A stretch of DNA of 64,000 nt from Arenicellales bacterium (lineage in GTDB: Bacteria > Pseudomonadota > Gammaproteobacteria > Arenicellales > JAJDZL01), in NCBI GenBank assembly GCA_965220395.1, contig CBDCPT010000001.1, forward strand, positions 430,401 through 494,400, given 5' to 3'. The notes under the pieces are model-generated. The model was not told where the DNA came from, made no database searches, and saw only the letters and a list, made by a program, of their open reading frames with translations. Positions 9,797-18,907 of this stretch are shown here, piece after piece (positions within the stretch are counted from its first letter, which is position 1; each line of letters starts with the position of its first letter). A program made the position numbers and the translations under genes.

Positions 9797-10980
9797 TTGC
9801 TCCGCCTCATAGCATCAAAACCGATTTCAAGGTCTTCAATCAAATCAGCAGTGTCTTCCAGACCCACGTGCATACGAAGCGCTGGTCCTTCTGCAGACCA
9901 CGCCGTTGCCGTCCTATAGTTGCTAGGGTCAAAAGGAATAAGAAGACTCTCGAATCCACCCCAGCTGTATCCCATGCCGAATAGACTGGAGTTTTCCAGT
10001 AGCGCAACGACCGCGGATTCGGAAACTGGATGGAGAATAAAGGAAAATAGCCCACTCGCTCCGGTAAAGTCTCTGCGCCAGATTTCGTATCCAGCATCAC
10101 CAGGCAAAGCCGGGTGAATCACTCTTGCCACCTCTGGACGATTGGCAAGCCACTTGGCGACGACAAGACCTGATTCATAGTGTCTTTGCAAGCGGATTGG
10201 CATTGTTCTGAGACCGCGCAATCCAAGAAATACAGTGTCAGGGCCAGCACATTGTCCACTCAAGCGAGCACTGTCTCTCACGTTGAAATAATGCTCTTCG
10301 GTTGTTGTAATGATGCCGAGCATGGCATCGGAATGCCCGGTTATGTACTTGGTTGCAGCATGTATGGAAATATCGACACCGAGCTCAAATGGCTTCAGGT
10401 AAATCGGGGTTGCCCAAGTGTTATCAAGCATCGTTACGATTCCATTTTGCTTTGCTATTGTGGTGATAGCTGGAATATCTTGAATCTCGAACGTCTGTGA
10501 CCCTGGTGATTCCAGGAAAATTACTGCAGTATTGGGTTTGATCAGACTTTCGATGTCCGCACCAATCAAGGGGTCGTAGTATGTTGTCTCGACTCCAAAT
10601 CGATTCAGCACCTGATCGCAAAATGTTCTTGTTGGTTTGTAAACGCTGTCAGTAACTAGAACATGATCGTCAATTTTGACAAATGTCATTAGTGAAGCGG
10701 TGATACCGGCAAGCCCGGATGATGTCGTGATGCCAGCAAATGCACCTTCCATCTCTGCAACTGCTTGCTCAAGTGCGAAAGTGAGCGGCGATCCATATCT
10801 GCCATAGCGCACCTGATTCATTAAATTTTGATCTTTCTCGGCTTTCTGAAGCTCTTCGTAAGTATCAAACAGCACAGTGGAGCCGTGGTAAATGGGAAGA
10901 TTTACAAATCCTTTGCTGGCTTTTGAGTCTCTACCCAGATGAGCCGCTAATGTCTCAGCTGAAAGCGTTCTTTCATTCAT
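9793..10980 (-). CDS. metC: Cystathionine beta-lyase (Cys/Met-metabolism PLP enzyme)
   Basis: 395 aa with the PLP-lysine signature HAATKYITGHSD and MetC-like termini. Confidence 0.8.
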   Translation of the reverse strand: MNERTLSAETLAAHLGRDSKASKGFVNLPIYHGSTVLFDTYEELQKAEKDQNLMNQVRYGRYGSPLTFALEQAVAEMEGAFAGITTSSGLAGITASLMTFVKIDDHVLVTDSVYKPTRTFCDQVLNRFGVETTYYDPLIGADIESLIKPNTAVIFLESPGSQTFEIQDIPAITTIAKQNGIVTMLDNTWATPIYLKPFELGVDISIHAATKYITGHSDAMLGIITTTEEHYFNVRDSARLSGQCAGPDTVFLGLRGLRTMPIRLQRHYESGLVVAKWLANRPEVARVIHPALPGDAGYEIWRRDFTGASGLFSFILHPVSESAVVALLENSSLFGMGYSWGGFESLLIPFDPSNYRTATAWSAEGPALRMHVGLEDTADLIEDLEIGFDAMRRSK

Positions 10981-11084
10981 TCATTTGTCTCGAATTTTGT
11001 GAATTGTCTGTTTGCAAACGTCGTTACAGTCAAACCGGGTTGCCGAGTACAGGCGTTTCGGGAAAAACGTTAAATAGTTCAATT

Positions 11085-11675
11085 TCAGAATATCTGGAAG
11101 TGTGCTTCTGTCGGGTTCAGGCCGTTGACAGGAAGAATATCCTGTGGGCAGGCTGAAAATACCATGATGCAATCCATCGTCGCACGAAATTGAATATGGT
11201 CGCCAGCTTTAGAGATCGGTGCTTGCCACGATAATTCGCCTTGCGCAGTCCACGGAATATTCATAAACAGATTCATTGGGCTTGGGACTTCAGGTGCATC
11301 AAATTCCAGTTCCTTCATGGCGTGAATTAGGTTGTCGGAGCAGTTGTCGTGATATTCGGTGCAGCCTAGCAGTTTATAGCGATAATCATCGCAAGCCGCC
11401 ATGAGCAAATCGTGAACACCGCCTGACGTATCCTGTTCGACTTCAAGAATTCCACGTCTGTGGTTGGTATAGAGTGTATCGCCGGGTTTGAACGTCATGT
11501 TCATCAAAGCAGGGCGCGTGTGTTCGTTTGACTGGAATTCCGAGATATCATCTAGGTTGAACGCCCATGTATCGACAACCTGATTGCCGTGCGTATTAAT
11601 GACCCGGATGGATTGCCCCTTCCGAGCAATCGCTGCTGTACCGCTTCGGGCCGGAATTGTCGTTGTGTCCGTCAT
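11085..11675 (-). CDS. DUF1989 (urea-carboxylase-associated) family protein
   Basis: 196 aa. IPARSGTAAIARKGQSIRVINTHGNQVVDTWAF is the characteristic DUF1989 N-terminus. Confidence 0.6.
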   Translation of the reverse strand: MTDTTTIPARSGTAAIARKGQSIRVINTHGNQVVDTWAFNLDDISEFQSNEHTRPALMNMTFKPGDTLYTNHRRGILEVEQDTSGGVHDLLMAACDDYRYKLLGCTEYHDNCSDNLIHAMKELEFDAPEVPSPMNLFMNIPWTAQGELSWQAPISKAGDHIQFRATMDCIMVFSACPQDILPVNGLNPTEAHFQIF

Positions 11676-11892
11676 TTTCTGGTGATTCCTTCTATTTGAT
11701 CAAAACAATAGTGCGCATCATTTGCAATAGGCGTTAGTGAATATAATGACGGTTAATATACTGTATTCGCACGAATTCGTCATTTTCAAGGTTTGAATTA
11801 ACGGGCATCTCAGAGCTTCGAATTTCTGATTTAGAAATATCTAGAATTATGAAGTATTATCAAATATATAAATTGAATAGTTAACGTATCCT

Positions 11893-13338
11893 ATGACATT
11901 TGCCATTGAGCTGCAACAATTGCTCCCGGAAATCATTGTCAGTCTAATGGCTTGCTTGATTCTGGTTGTTGATCAAACCCGCCTGAATAAATTTAAAGAT
12001 CTTCCTTTACTGTTGACACTGCTGACTTTGGTGTTAGCTTGCATGTTAACGGGGTCACAGGTATACCAGCACAGTGTCGTTGTTTTGGGAGGAATGTTCA
12101 TTGATGATTCGTTTGCAAATCTTACCAAGTTTATGATTTGTCTGCTGGCAATCGTAGTATTCATCTATTCCAGAACCTACTCAGAGCAGCGGGATATCGG
12201 TGGCAGCGAATACTATGTTTTAGGCCTGTTTGGCATACTGGGCATGATGGTCATGGTTTCTGCGGATCATCTGTTAGTCATATATCTTGGCCTTGAACTG
12301 ATGTCGCTTTGTCTATATGCCATGGTTGCTTTTCAGCGGGATTCACCCAACGCGACTGAAGCTGCAATGAAATACTTCGTGCTTGGCGCGATTGGTTCCG
12401 GTTCATTGCTCTATGGACTTTCGATTCTCTACGGATTGACGGGTTCTTTGGACATTTCCACTATTCATCAATTGTTGATGGATTCTTCTTCAGAGAATCT
12501 GCCGCTGATCTTTGCCTTAGTCTTTGTCGTGACTGCACTGGCATTCAAACTGGGTGCTGCACCATTTCATATGTGGGTACCTGATGTGTATCATGGAGCG
12601 CCGACATCAACAACGATTTATTTGGGAACGGCACCAAAAATAGCTGCGTTTGCCATGTTGATGCGGTTGCTAGTCGGAGGTCTGGAAAGTCTCCAGCCAA
12701 TCTGGCAGGACATGCTGATCATTATTGCGCTGCTTTCCATAATCGTCGGCAATGTAATCGCCATAGCACAGGTGAATTTAAAACGAATGCTGGCGTATTC
12801 GACAATTGCACACATGGGATTTATGCTGCTCGGAATTTTGAGCGGAAGTGAAGAAGGTTATGCAGCATCTCTTTTTTACATTCTGGTCTACTCGGTAATG
12901 AGTTTGGGGGCTTTCGGAATCATCGTTCTGTCCGCCAAGAAAAAAGATGAACTGGATTTGATCAGCGATTACAGCGGTCTGAATGGCAGGGACCCGTGGA
13001 TGGCATTTTGGGTGCTTCTGTTGATGTTCTCGTTAGCCGGGGTGCCGCCAACGGTTGGTTTCTATGCGAAGCTTGCCGTAATTCAGGCACTTGTTGATGT
13101 TGAATTGGTCTGGGTTGCAGTAGTGGCGGTATTATTTGCAGTTGTTGGTGCTTTCTACTATCTTCGAGTCATTAAAGTAGTCTATTTCGATGACCTGAGT
13201 GACACACCAGTTCCGTTTCAACAGTCGCCCAACTCGCGAATTTTACTTGGGGTGAATGCGATTGCACTTGTCGCTATACTTCCATGGGTTGGCACCGCAA
13301 TCGCGATCTGCGAAACAGCTATCGCCAGCTTGAAATGA
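11893..13338 (+). CDS. nuoN: NADH-quinone oxidoreductase subunit N-like proton-conducting membrane protein (PF00361 family)
   Basis: 481-aa polytopic protein with a NuoN-like N-terminus (LLPEIIVSLMACLILVVD) and conserved AAPFHMWVPDVYHGAPT and LKRMLAYSTIAHMGF motifs. No nuoM lies upstream. Confidence 0.75.
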   Translation: MTFAIELQQLLPEIIVSLMACLILVVDQTRLNKFKDLPLLLTLLTLVLACMLTGSQVYQHSVVVLGGMFIDDSFANLTKFMICLLAIVVFIYSRTYSEQRDIGGSEYYVLGLFGILGMMVMVSADHLLVIYLGLELMSLCLYAMVAFQRDSPNATEAAMKYFVLGAIGSGSLLYGLSILYGLTGSLDISTIHQLLMDSSSENLPLIFALVFVVTALAFKLGAAPFHMWVPDVYHGAPTSTTIYLGTAPKIAAFAMLMRLLVGGLESLQPIWQDMLIIIALLSIIVGNVIAIAQVNLKRMLAYSTIAHMGFMLLGILSGSEEGYAASLFYILVYSVMSLGAFGIIVLSAKKKDELDLISDYSGLNGRDPWMAFWVLLLMFSLAGVPPTVGFYAKLAVIQALVDVELVWVAVVAVLFAVVGAFYYLRVIKVVYFDDLSDTPVPFQQSPNSRILLGVNAIALVAILPWVGTAIAICETAIASLK

Positions 13339-13390
13339 ATTGATTTGAGCGCGAGCAGGGCTTCGTCTCAATTTGACGCTTGTGCTATCC

Positions 13391-13399
13391 AACGATTCA
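13391..13399. repeat. Target-site duplication (left copy) of the ISAs1-type element
   Basis: AACGATTCA abuts the left inverted repeat and is repeated identically at 15508-15516. Confidence 0.75.
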
Positions 13400-15507
13400 C
13401 AGGGTGTTCCCACGCTAACTAAATCACAGTAAAACCACAACGGTTGTATAAATTTGCAGGCAGGACTGGCTTTTTCCATACCGATATAGTATATATGCGG
13501 TTATGAACAGTCATGACCGCAGAACCAGCAAGTCGATTCGCACTGGCGAGGTGACGGTACGTCTTGCGCGCACGAGCGAATTTGCGAAGTGGGATCGGCT
13601 GATGCGTACGCATCATGATCTTGGATTCAAGCGATTTGCAGGTCGCAGTCTGCGTTACATCGTTGAGTATAAGGGGCAGTGGGTGTGTCTTTGCGGGTGG
13701 CAGACCGGTTCCTTTAAATCGGCTGCGCGCGAGCATTGGATTGGCTGGCAGCCTGAGCAGCAGTGGCACCGATTGCATTTGATCGCGAACAACACCCGTT
13801 TCGCGATGCTTGACGATGCCGGTTGTTATCCGAATCTTGGTTCGCACGTGCTGAAGTTGATTTGCCGGCGCTTAAGTGATGACTGGGAGGCATACTATGG
13901 TCACGGTTTGTTGTTGGCGGAGACGTTTGTAGACCCGGCTCGTCATCGCGGAAACATGTACGATGCAGCCGGATGGGAGACGGTGGGAAACAGTGCGGGC
14001 TATTCCCGCAAGGGTGGGAAGTATACCGAAGCGCATGATGCAATCAAGCGGTTATTGGTCAGGCCCTTGCGTCGTGATGCTAGGCGGGTCCTGTGTCAGG
14101 AAGGCGAGTTGGAGTCGCGCTGGCAGAAAAAGGGCAAGGCCAGCGGTCATTCGCTGCCGGAGTTGCGCAGTTTGCATGATGATTTGTCACAGATGCGGGA
14201 TTTTCGTCGTGGCCAGGGTCGCAAGCACACACTGGCGTGTGCGTTTTCGACTTTGATTTTGGCGCAATTGTCTGGATTTCACGGATCGTTGGCGGCGGCA
14301 CAGTTTGCAGCGTCTCTTTCTGAGAATGAGCTGCACGCGATCGGTGGCTGGTGCAATCCGAAAACAGGCCGGTATGAGCCGGTTTCCAAATCGACGCTGC
14401 ACCGGGTGATACAGCACACCGATCCGGATCAGCTGGAGCAGGTCTTGGCGCGATACACGCACAATCGAATCAGACAGTTACCGGCACTTGCGAGTGACGG
14501 CAAGCGGATTCGCGGTGCCAATCGCAATGGCGACAGTCACTACGAGACAGTGACACTTGTGGAGCATGGCAGTGGGATACCGAAAGCAAGCCGCAGTTTC
14601 CACAACAAGGGCGAGGAGTTGGATGTGACTCGGCAGTTGCTGAGCGAGGTTGACGTTGCGGGTCGAGTGATCACACTGGATGCGTTGCACACCACTTTTG
14701 AAACCGTCGATTTGATCTTGGACGGGAAGGCTGACTATATGCTGACGCTCAAGGACAATACCTCTTTGCAGTTAGCGAAGGCGAAGTCGCTGAAGTGGTA
14801 CAGTCACAAAGTGCGGCGTTACTCGGAGAAGGTGACCCTGGCGCACGGTCGCATTGAGCAACGTCGTATTGAAGTACTGCAAGTGGACGACCCGTACAAG
14901 TTCGATTTCAAGCAGGTGCGCCAAGCGTTTCGCATCGAGCGCGACCGCGAGGTAGTCAAAGAAGCGAACAGTGCAAGCACAGAGACGATATATGGCATCA
15001 CTTCGGTTGCCGCTGAACGGGCCGATGCCGAGCAACTGCTGAGGTGGGACCGCGGACATTGGACCGTGGAAAACAGCAACCATCATATTCGGGACCGTAC
15101 ATTCCAGGAAGACGCCTGTCTGACCCGTACTGGCCATGGCCCGAGCAATCGTGCGATGTGCAACAACATTGCGCTGGCGCTGATTTTCAACCAAAGCCGC
15201 TTCGAGTCAGTGCCGCAGGCACTGCGCCATTTCAACCTGAATCGTAAAGAGGCCTTCGCCGCACTATTCTCACCGACCTGAAGCGGTGCTTCAAATCCCG
15301 GATTGAGCCGAAATATACAAGCGCCGCAGTCCGCTTGCGTTTGGTTGCCATTGTCGAGACTGCACAATTCGCTCCGTACAAACGCAATATTGTGCATCAA
15401 TTACCGAAACTGTACCATAATGAGCGCAACAGCCGTGGTCGAGCGAATTACTTCAGTTACCGCCTGTCAGGATATTCTGACATCAAAAAAAGCATGGGAA
15501 ACACCTG
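13400..15507 (+). mobile_element. ISAs1-family insertion sequence (2108 bp) with an extended transposase
   Basis: Left end CAGGGTGTTCCCACGCT and the reverse complement of the right end, CAGGTGTTTCCCATGCT, form imperfect terminal inverted repeats. A perfect 9-bp direct repeat flanks the element. GC is visibly higher than in the neighbouring sequence: a hand count gives about 57% for line 13561-13620 versus about 47% for line 12001-12060. Confidence 0.8.
13503..15281 (+). CDS. ISAs1-family DDE transposase fused to an N-terminal DUF4338 (DruA-like) domain
   Basis: The N-terminus HHDLGF...LRYIVEYKGQWVCLCGW...REHWIGW...NNTRFAML...NLGSHVL...DW...ETFVDPARHRGNMYDAAGW follows the DUF4338 pattern. The middle and C-terminal regions (MRDFRRGQGRKHTL...; ITLDALHTTFE...YMLTLKDN; WTVENSNHHIRD) follow the ISAs1/H-repeat transposase pattern. 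Confidence 0.85.
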   Translation: MNSHDRRTSKSIRTGEVTVRLARTSEFAKWDRLMRTHHDLGFKRFAGRSLRYIVEYKGQWVCLCGWQTGSFKSAAREHWIGWQPEQQWHRLHLIANNTRFAMLDDAGCYPNLGSHVLKLICRRLSDDWEAYYGHGLLLAETFVDPARHRGNMYDAAGWETVGNSAGYSRKGGKYTEAHDAIKRLLVRPLRRDARRVLCQEGELESRWQKKGKASGHSLPELRSLHDDLSQMRDFRRGQGRKHTLACAFSTLILAQLSGFHGSLAAAQFAASLSENELHAIGGWCNPKTGRYEPVSKSTLHRVIQHTDPDQLEQVLARYTHNRIRQLPALASDGKRIRGANRNGDSHYETVTLVEHGSGIPKASRSFHNKGEELDVTRQLLSEVDVAGRVITLDALHTTFETVDLILDGKADYMLTLKDNTSLQLAKAKSLKWYSHKVRRYSEKVTLAHGRIEQRRIEVLQVDDPYKFDFKQVRQAFRIERDREVVKEANSASTETIYGITSVAAERADAEQLLRWDRGHWTVENSNHHIRDRTFQEDACLTRTGHGPSNRAMCNNIALALIFNQSRFESVPQALRHFNLNRKEAFAALFSPT

Positions 15508-15516
15508 AACGATTCA
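15508..15516. repeat. Target-site duplication (right copy) of the ISAs1-type element
   Basis: AACGATTCA, identical to 13391-13399. Confidence 0.75.
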
Positions 15517-15543
15517 ATACATTGTTCGAGAATTTTGTATAAT
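15514..15543 (+). promoter_or_regulatory. Putative promoter of the tRNA-fMet gene
   Basis: Perfect -10 TATAAT at 15538-15543, 14 nt before the mature tRNA 5' end. The -35 region is weak (TTCAAT/CAATAC) and overlaps the IS target-site duplication. Confidence 0.4.
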
Positions 15544-15557
15544 TTCGATTTCCATGT

Positions 15558-15634
<77 letters not shown>

Positions 15635-15644
15635 GAATCAAGAG

Positions 15645-15698
15645 ACGGCTTAGACAAGCGGAGAATTAAGAAATCGCTTCCTGAGCCGTTTTCCTTTT
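15645..15698 (+). terminator. Rho-independent terminator after tRNA-fMet
   Basis: ACGGCTTAG (15645-53) pairs with CTGAGCCGT (15681-89), with an inner AAGCG/CGCTT stem. The hairpin is followed by TTTTCCTTTT. Confidence 0.65.
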
Positions 15699-15928
15699 AA
15701 TTTCCTCTAATTAGTGTTCGTCAGAAAACTCTACATCACATTGATAATAAAGAACAATCATCCGATATTTTCAAACGAAGAAATTTCGGTTTTGGCGGAT
15801 TAACGGGTTCAAAGGCGAATTTCGTTGCCAAATACCACAAACCAGCAAAATCTTCACTTTATAGAATGACATGATTAATCATTATTATCAATGTGTTAAA
15901 CGTTTTCTGGCAGACACTAATTACACAA

Positions 15929-16450
15929 ATGACTGAATCTGAAGAAATTTTTGACGTTGTCGACACTCAGGACCAAGTTGTCACTTCAATGACAAGATCC
16001 GAAGTTCATGCCCAAAATCTGTTGCATCGTTCCGTACACCTTCTCGTCATGGATGAATATCAGCGTGTTTTTCTGCAACTTCGAGGTCCGGATCGTGATT
16101 GTGACCCTGATCTTTGGGATTCTTCTGTCGGCGGACATTTACATGCAGGTGAGCAGTATGATCACGCGGTCATTCGCGAAACTGAAGAAGAACTCGGAAT
16201 TCAGCTACAAGCCACTCCTCCAAGACTATTCAAACTTGAAGCGAGCCCCGAGACTGCCTATGAATTCTGCTGGGTTTATCAAATTTACCACAATGGACCT
16301 TTCAAGCTTGACCCCAGTGAAGCAGCTGACGGCCGATGGTTCACGAAGGAAGAGTTAAATGACTGGATGTCCAGAATTCCCGAAAAGTTGACCAGCAGTT
16401 TTCGATTGATATGGCAGCAGTACTGTAGGTTGGAATCAACAAATGAATAA
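15929..16450 (+). CDS. NUDIX hydrolase
   Basis: Nudix box GGHLHAGEQYDHAVIRETEEELGI. The ATG at 15929 is preferred over the tracked GTG at 15893. Confidence 0.8.
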   Translation: MTESEEIFDVVDTQDQVVTSMTRSEVHAQNLLHRSVHLLVMDEYQRVFLQLRGPDRDCDPDLWDSSVGGHLHAGEQYDHAVIRETEEELGIQLQATPPRLFKLEASPETAYEFCWVYQIYHNGPFKLDPSEAADGRWFTKEELNDWMSRIPEKLTSSFRLIWQQYCRLESTNE

Positions 16451-17141
16451 GCCGTTAATCGGAATTACAAGTTATTCAAGGAACGAGGAAAACCGATTTA
16501 CGCTGCCTGCCAAGTATGTTGAGTCAATAGAAAGGGCGCAGGGGATACCAGTTCTGATCACCCCGGTAACGGAACGTCCCGAAGAGTTGATTGGAAAGCT
16601 GGACGGGTTCATATTGACTGGTGGTGCAGATGTTGATCCTGCCAGGTATGGCGGAGAAAACGATCCGACGGTCTATGGCGTCAATCTGGAGAGAGATCAG
16701 TTTGAGCTGGCACTTGCACGAACTGTGGCGGAGAATGCAGTTCCATTACTGGCAATCTGTAGGGGGATCCAAGTGTTGAATGTCGCGATGGGAGGCACTT
16801 TGGTGGAGCACATCCCGAATGTGTACGGAGAGTCTGTCATTCATCGCGATGAGAAATCTGACAAAGTAGACCATATTGTGTCAATTTTCCCAGAATCTCG
16901 ACTGGCGGAAATCATGGGCATTACGGAATTCAATTGCCCGTCATTTCATCATCAATGTGTGAGAGCTATTGCACCAGAATTTACCATCTGCTCACAATCC
17001 GAAGATGGCGTAGTCGAAGCGATTGAGTCCGCAAAATATCCGAAAATAATTGCAGTACAGTGGCACCCAGAGTATATTTCGGATTCAGATGCATCCCAAC
17101 AGCGCCTCTTTGATACGCTTGTGCGCTGGTCAGCTCACTAA
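16443..17141 (+). CDS. Gamma-glutamyl-gamma-aminobutyrate hydrolase-type class I glutamine amidotransferase (peptidase C26, PuuD-like)
   Basis: Nucleophile motif LAICRGIQVLNVAMGG and the His motif VQWHPE. Confidence 0.8.
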   Translation: MNKPLIGITSYSRNEENRFTLPAKYVESIERAQGIPVLITPVTERPEELIGKLDGFILTGGADVDPARYGGENDPTVYGVNLERDQFELALARTVAENAVPLLAICRGIQVLNVAMGGTLVEHIPNVYGESVIHRDEKSDKVDHIVSIFPESRLAEIMGITEFNCPSFHHQCVRAIAPEFTICSQSEDGVVEAIESAKYPKIIAVQWHPEYISDSDASQQRLFDTLVRWSAH

Positions 17142-17309
17142 ATCGTTACTCTTCTTGCCAGACGCTTTTGAGCCTTCTTTGAACTAACCGATCAATTACG
17201 ATCACACAAAACAATACCGCCCACGCCAAGTCAGCCCAATTGCCCTGTTATATAACGCGGAGGAGTGTAAGAAGTTCAGTTCGATTAACACTTAAGAAGG
17301 TGGAAAAAT

Positions 17310-17432
17310 ATGATTGGTAAAGATGAAATTCATGGTTACTGTCGCATCTGTAGCGAGCTTTGGAGGAAGCTTTACCGCAAGTGCTCAGGAAAACGACTAT
17401 TTTGCCTTTTTTCCACTTCTGAGGCCGTCTAA
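17310..17432 (+). CDS. Candidate 40-aa Cys-rich small protein
   Basis: The ATG at 17310 lies 6 nt after AAGAAGGTGG. It encodes MIGKDEIHGYCRICSELWRKLYRKCSGKRLFCLFSTSEAV (CxxC plus two further Cys). No homology could be assessed. Confidence 0.25.
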   Translation: MIGKDEIHGYCRICSELWRKLYRKCSGKRLFCLFSTSEAV

Positions 17433-17581
17433 GTACGAAACCTGTTGTTTCAATTACAAATGTTCAAATGCTTCAGGCATATTTCCTGCACAGTCAATAG
17501 GTCGGTTTAAGTTGCTGACATGTGAGGCAATCTGGGCGCATGGAGAAAACCCGTTATTAGCGGAAGCGATCAGGCTTTCTA

Positions 17582-18868
17582 TCAATAAACGCCAGTCGAT
17601 GCCACTCTCAGCGAGTTTCCATAGGCAAGATCAATTTCTTCCGCAATAATTTCGAGACCTTTTTCAACCACTTCCTTTGAACCTGCATAGCTGAGCCTCA
17701 TACACTCATGGCGGTGTGCAAAGTCTCCTTCAAGGCCCGGAAAAAAGTAGTTTCCTGGAACAATATATACATTGCGTTTCTTCAGATTTTCATAGAGTCG
17801 ATTGTCTGAGATTGGCAGCCCCGGAAAGCGCAGCCAGACAAAGAATGCTCCCTGCGGCTCATGCAGCATGTAAGGTAAATTTACGAATCGTGTGTGTATT
17901 GTTTCTACAATGTGATCCAGGGCGTCTTTATAGTGGGGTTGAATCACATTTTGGCTCAATTCCAGTATTTCGCCGCTAGCGACTGAATTTAGAGCGAGTA
18001 TGGAGCCGAAATTGCCAGTGGCCAGCATCATGATTGCATTGGCATAGATGAACTGTTCAATAACTTCTCGTTTTGCAACGACGATACCAGTTCGTGTTCC
18101 TGGCATTCCGAGTTTTGACAGACTCAAACTCAGTATGATGTTTTCGTTCCACTCGACAGATGCCTCCGTGTAAACGATGCCGGGAAACGGCAGTCCGTAT
18201 GCACCATCAACAATCAACGGAATCGCGTGACGCTCAGCCAATATCGCTAGTTTTCGAACTTCGTCATCAGTTACAACATTTCCTGTAGGATTGGTTGGAC
18301 GCGAGATGCAGATGGCGCCAATTCGATCGGTAATCTCAATGTTGCTGAAATCTATTTCATACTTGAAGGTTCGTTCCGAGGTGGTGACAATCTTTGGCTG
18401 GATAGAGACGAATCGAGGTGTGGCTTCATCCGCTTCGTTGTAGCCGATGTATTCGGGTGTCATAGGCAGCAGAACCTGCTTTTGACTGCCGTCAGAAAAT
18501 TGACCGGAAAACAGTCGAAACAATATTGTGAAAGCCGTTTGACTTCCGTTTGCAATGGCGATGTTTTCGGGTCCGATATCCCATCCGTAAGTTGTCTTGA
18601 ACAAATTGGCAAGTGCACTTGCAAAACGGTACGATCCTTGTGGTCCGGCATAATTTCCAACCAAGCGCTCAAATACGTTGGGGGAACGCATGACATTTTC
18701 CATCTGGGTACGGAAGTATTTTTCCATTTCCGGTATATGGGCTGGATTTCCTCCGCCGAGCATGTACAGAGGGTGATCTTCGGAGGCAGCAGCGGTGCCT
18801 AGGTCTTTCATCAGGTTGACAAGGCCAACCTCGCGCTTGATGCGGTCAGACCAAGTAGAAAAATTCAT
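17582..18868 (-). CDS. avtA: Valine-pyruvate aminotransferase-like PLP aminotransferase
   Basis: The N-terminus (...LMKDLG...YMLGGGNPAHIPEM) and the 428-aa length match AvtA. It has the class I aminotransferase SLSKLG PLP-lysine region. Confidence 0.7.
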   Translation of the reverse strand: MNFSTWSDRIKREVGLVNLMKDLGTAAASEDHPLYMLGGGNPAHIPEMEKYFRTQMENVMRSPNVFERLVGNYAGPQGSYRFASALANLFKTTYGWDIGPENIAIANGSQTAFTILFRLFSGQFSDGSQKQVLLPMTPEYIGYNEADEATPRFVSIQPKIVTTSERTFKYEIDFSNIEITDRIGAICISRPTNPTGNVVTDDEVRKLAILAERHAIPLIVDGAYGLPFPGIVYTEASVEWNENIILSLSLSKLGMPGTRTGIVVAKREVIEQFIYANAIMMLATGNFGSILALNSVASGEILELSQNVIQPHYKDALDHIVETIHTRFVNLPYMLHEPQGAFFVWLRFPGLPISDNRLYENLKKRNVYIVPGNYFFPGLEGDFAHRHECMRLSYAGSKEVVEKGLEIIAEEIDLAYGNSLRVASTGVY

Positions 18869-18907
18869 TTGACAAAAATTGTTTACAAAGAATCAGATCG
18901 CAGCGTT

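Noticed and set aside
13419-15400. Multiple antisense or alternative-frame ORFs inside the ISAs1-type element (e.g. 13419-13847, 13714-14043, 14772-15194, 15083-15400)
   Set aside because: These are typical spurious open frames in GC-rich DNA opposite a well-supported transposase gene. The same applies to 59858-61347 inside the ISNCY element.
15303-15542. 79-aa ORF downstream of the ISAs1 transposase
   Set aside because: It runs across the IS right inverted repeat and target duplication into host DNA, has no RBS and ends against the tRNA promoter. It is most likely a chance ORF.
17314-17649. 111-aa ORF with a signal-peptide-like start
   Set aside because: It has a TTG start without an RBS, overlaps the avtA 3' end by 68 nt on the opposite strand, and shows no recognisable family. 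The alternative 40-codon ORF with a strong SD is flagged separately.
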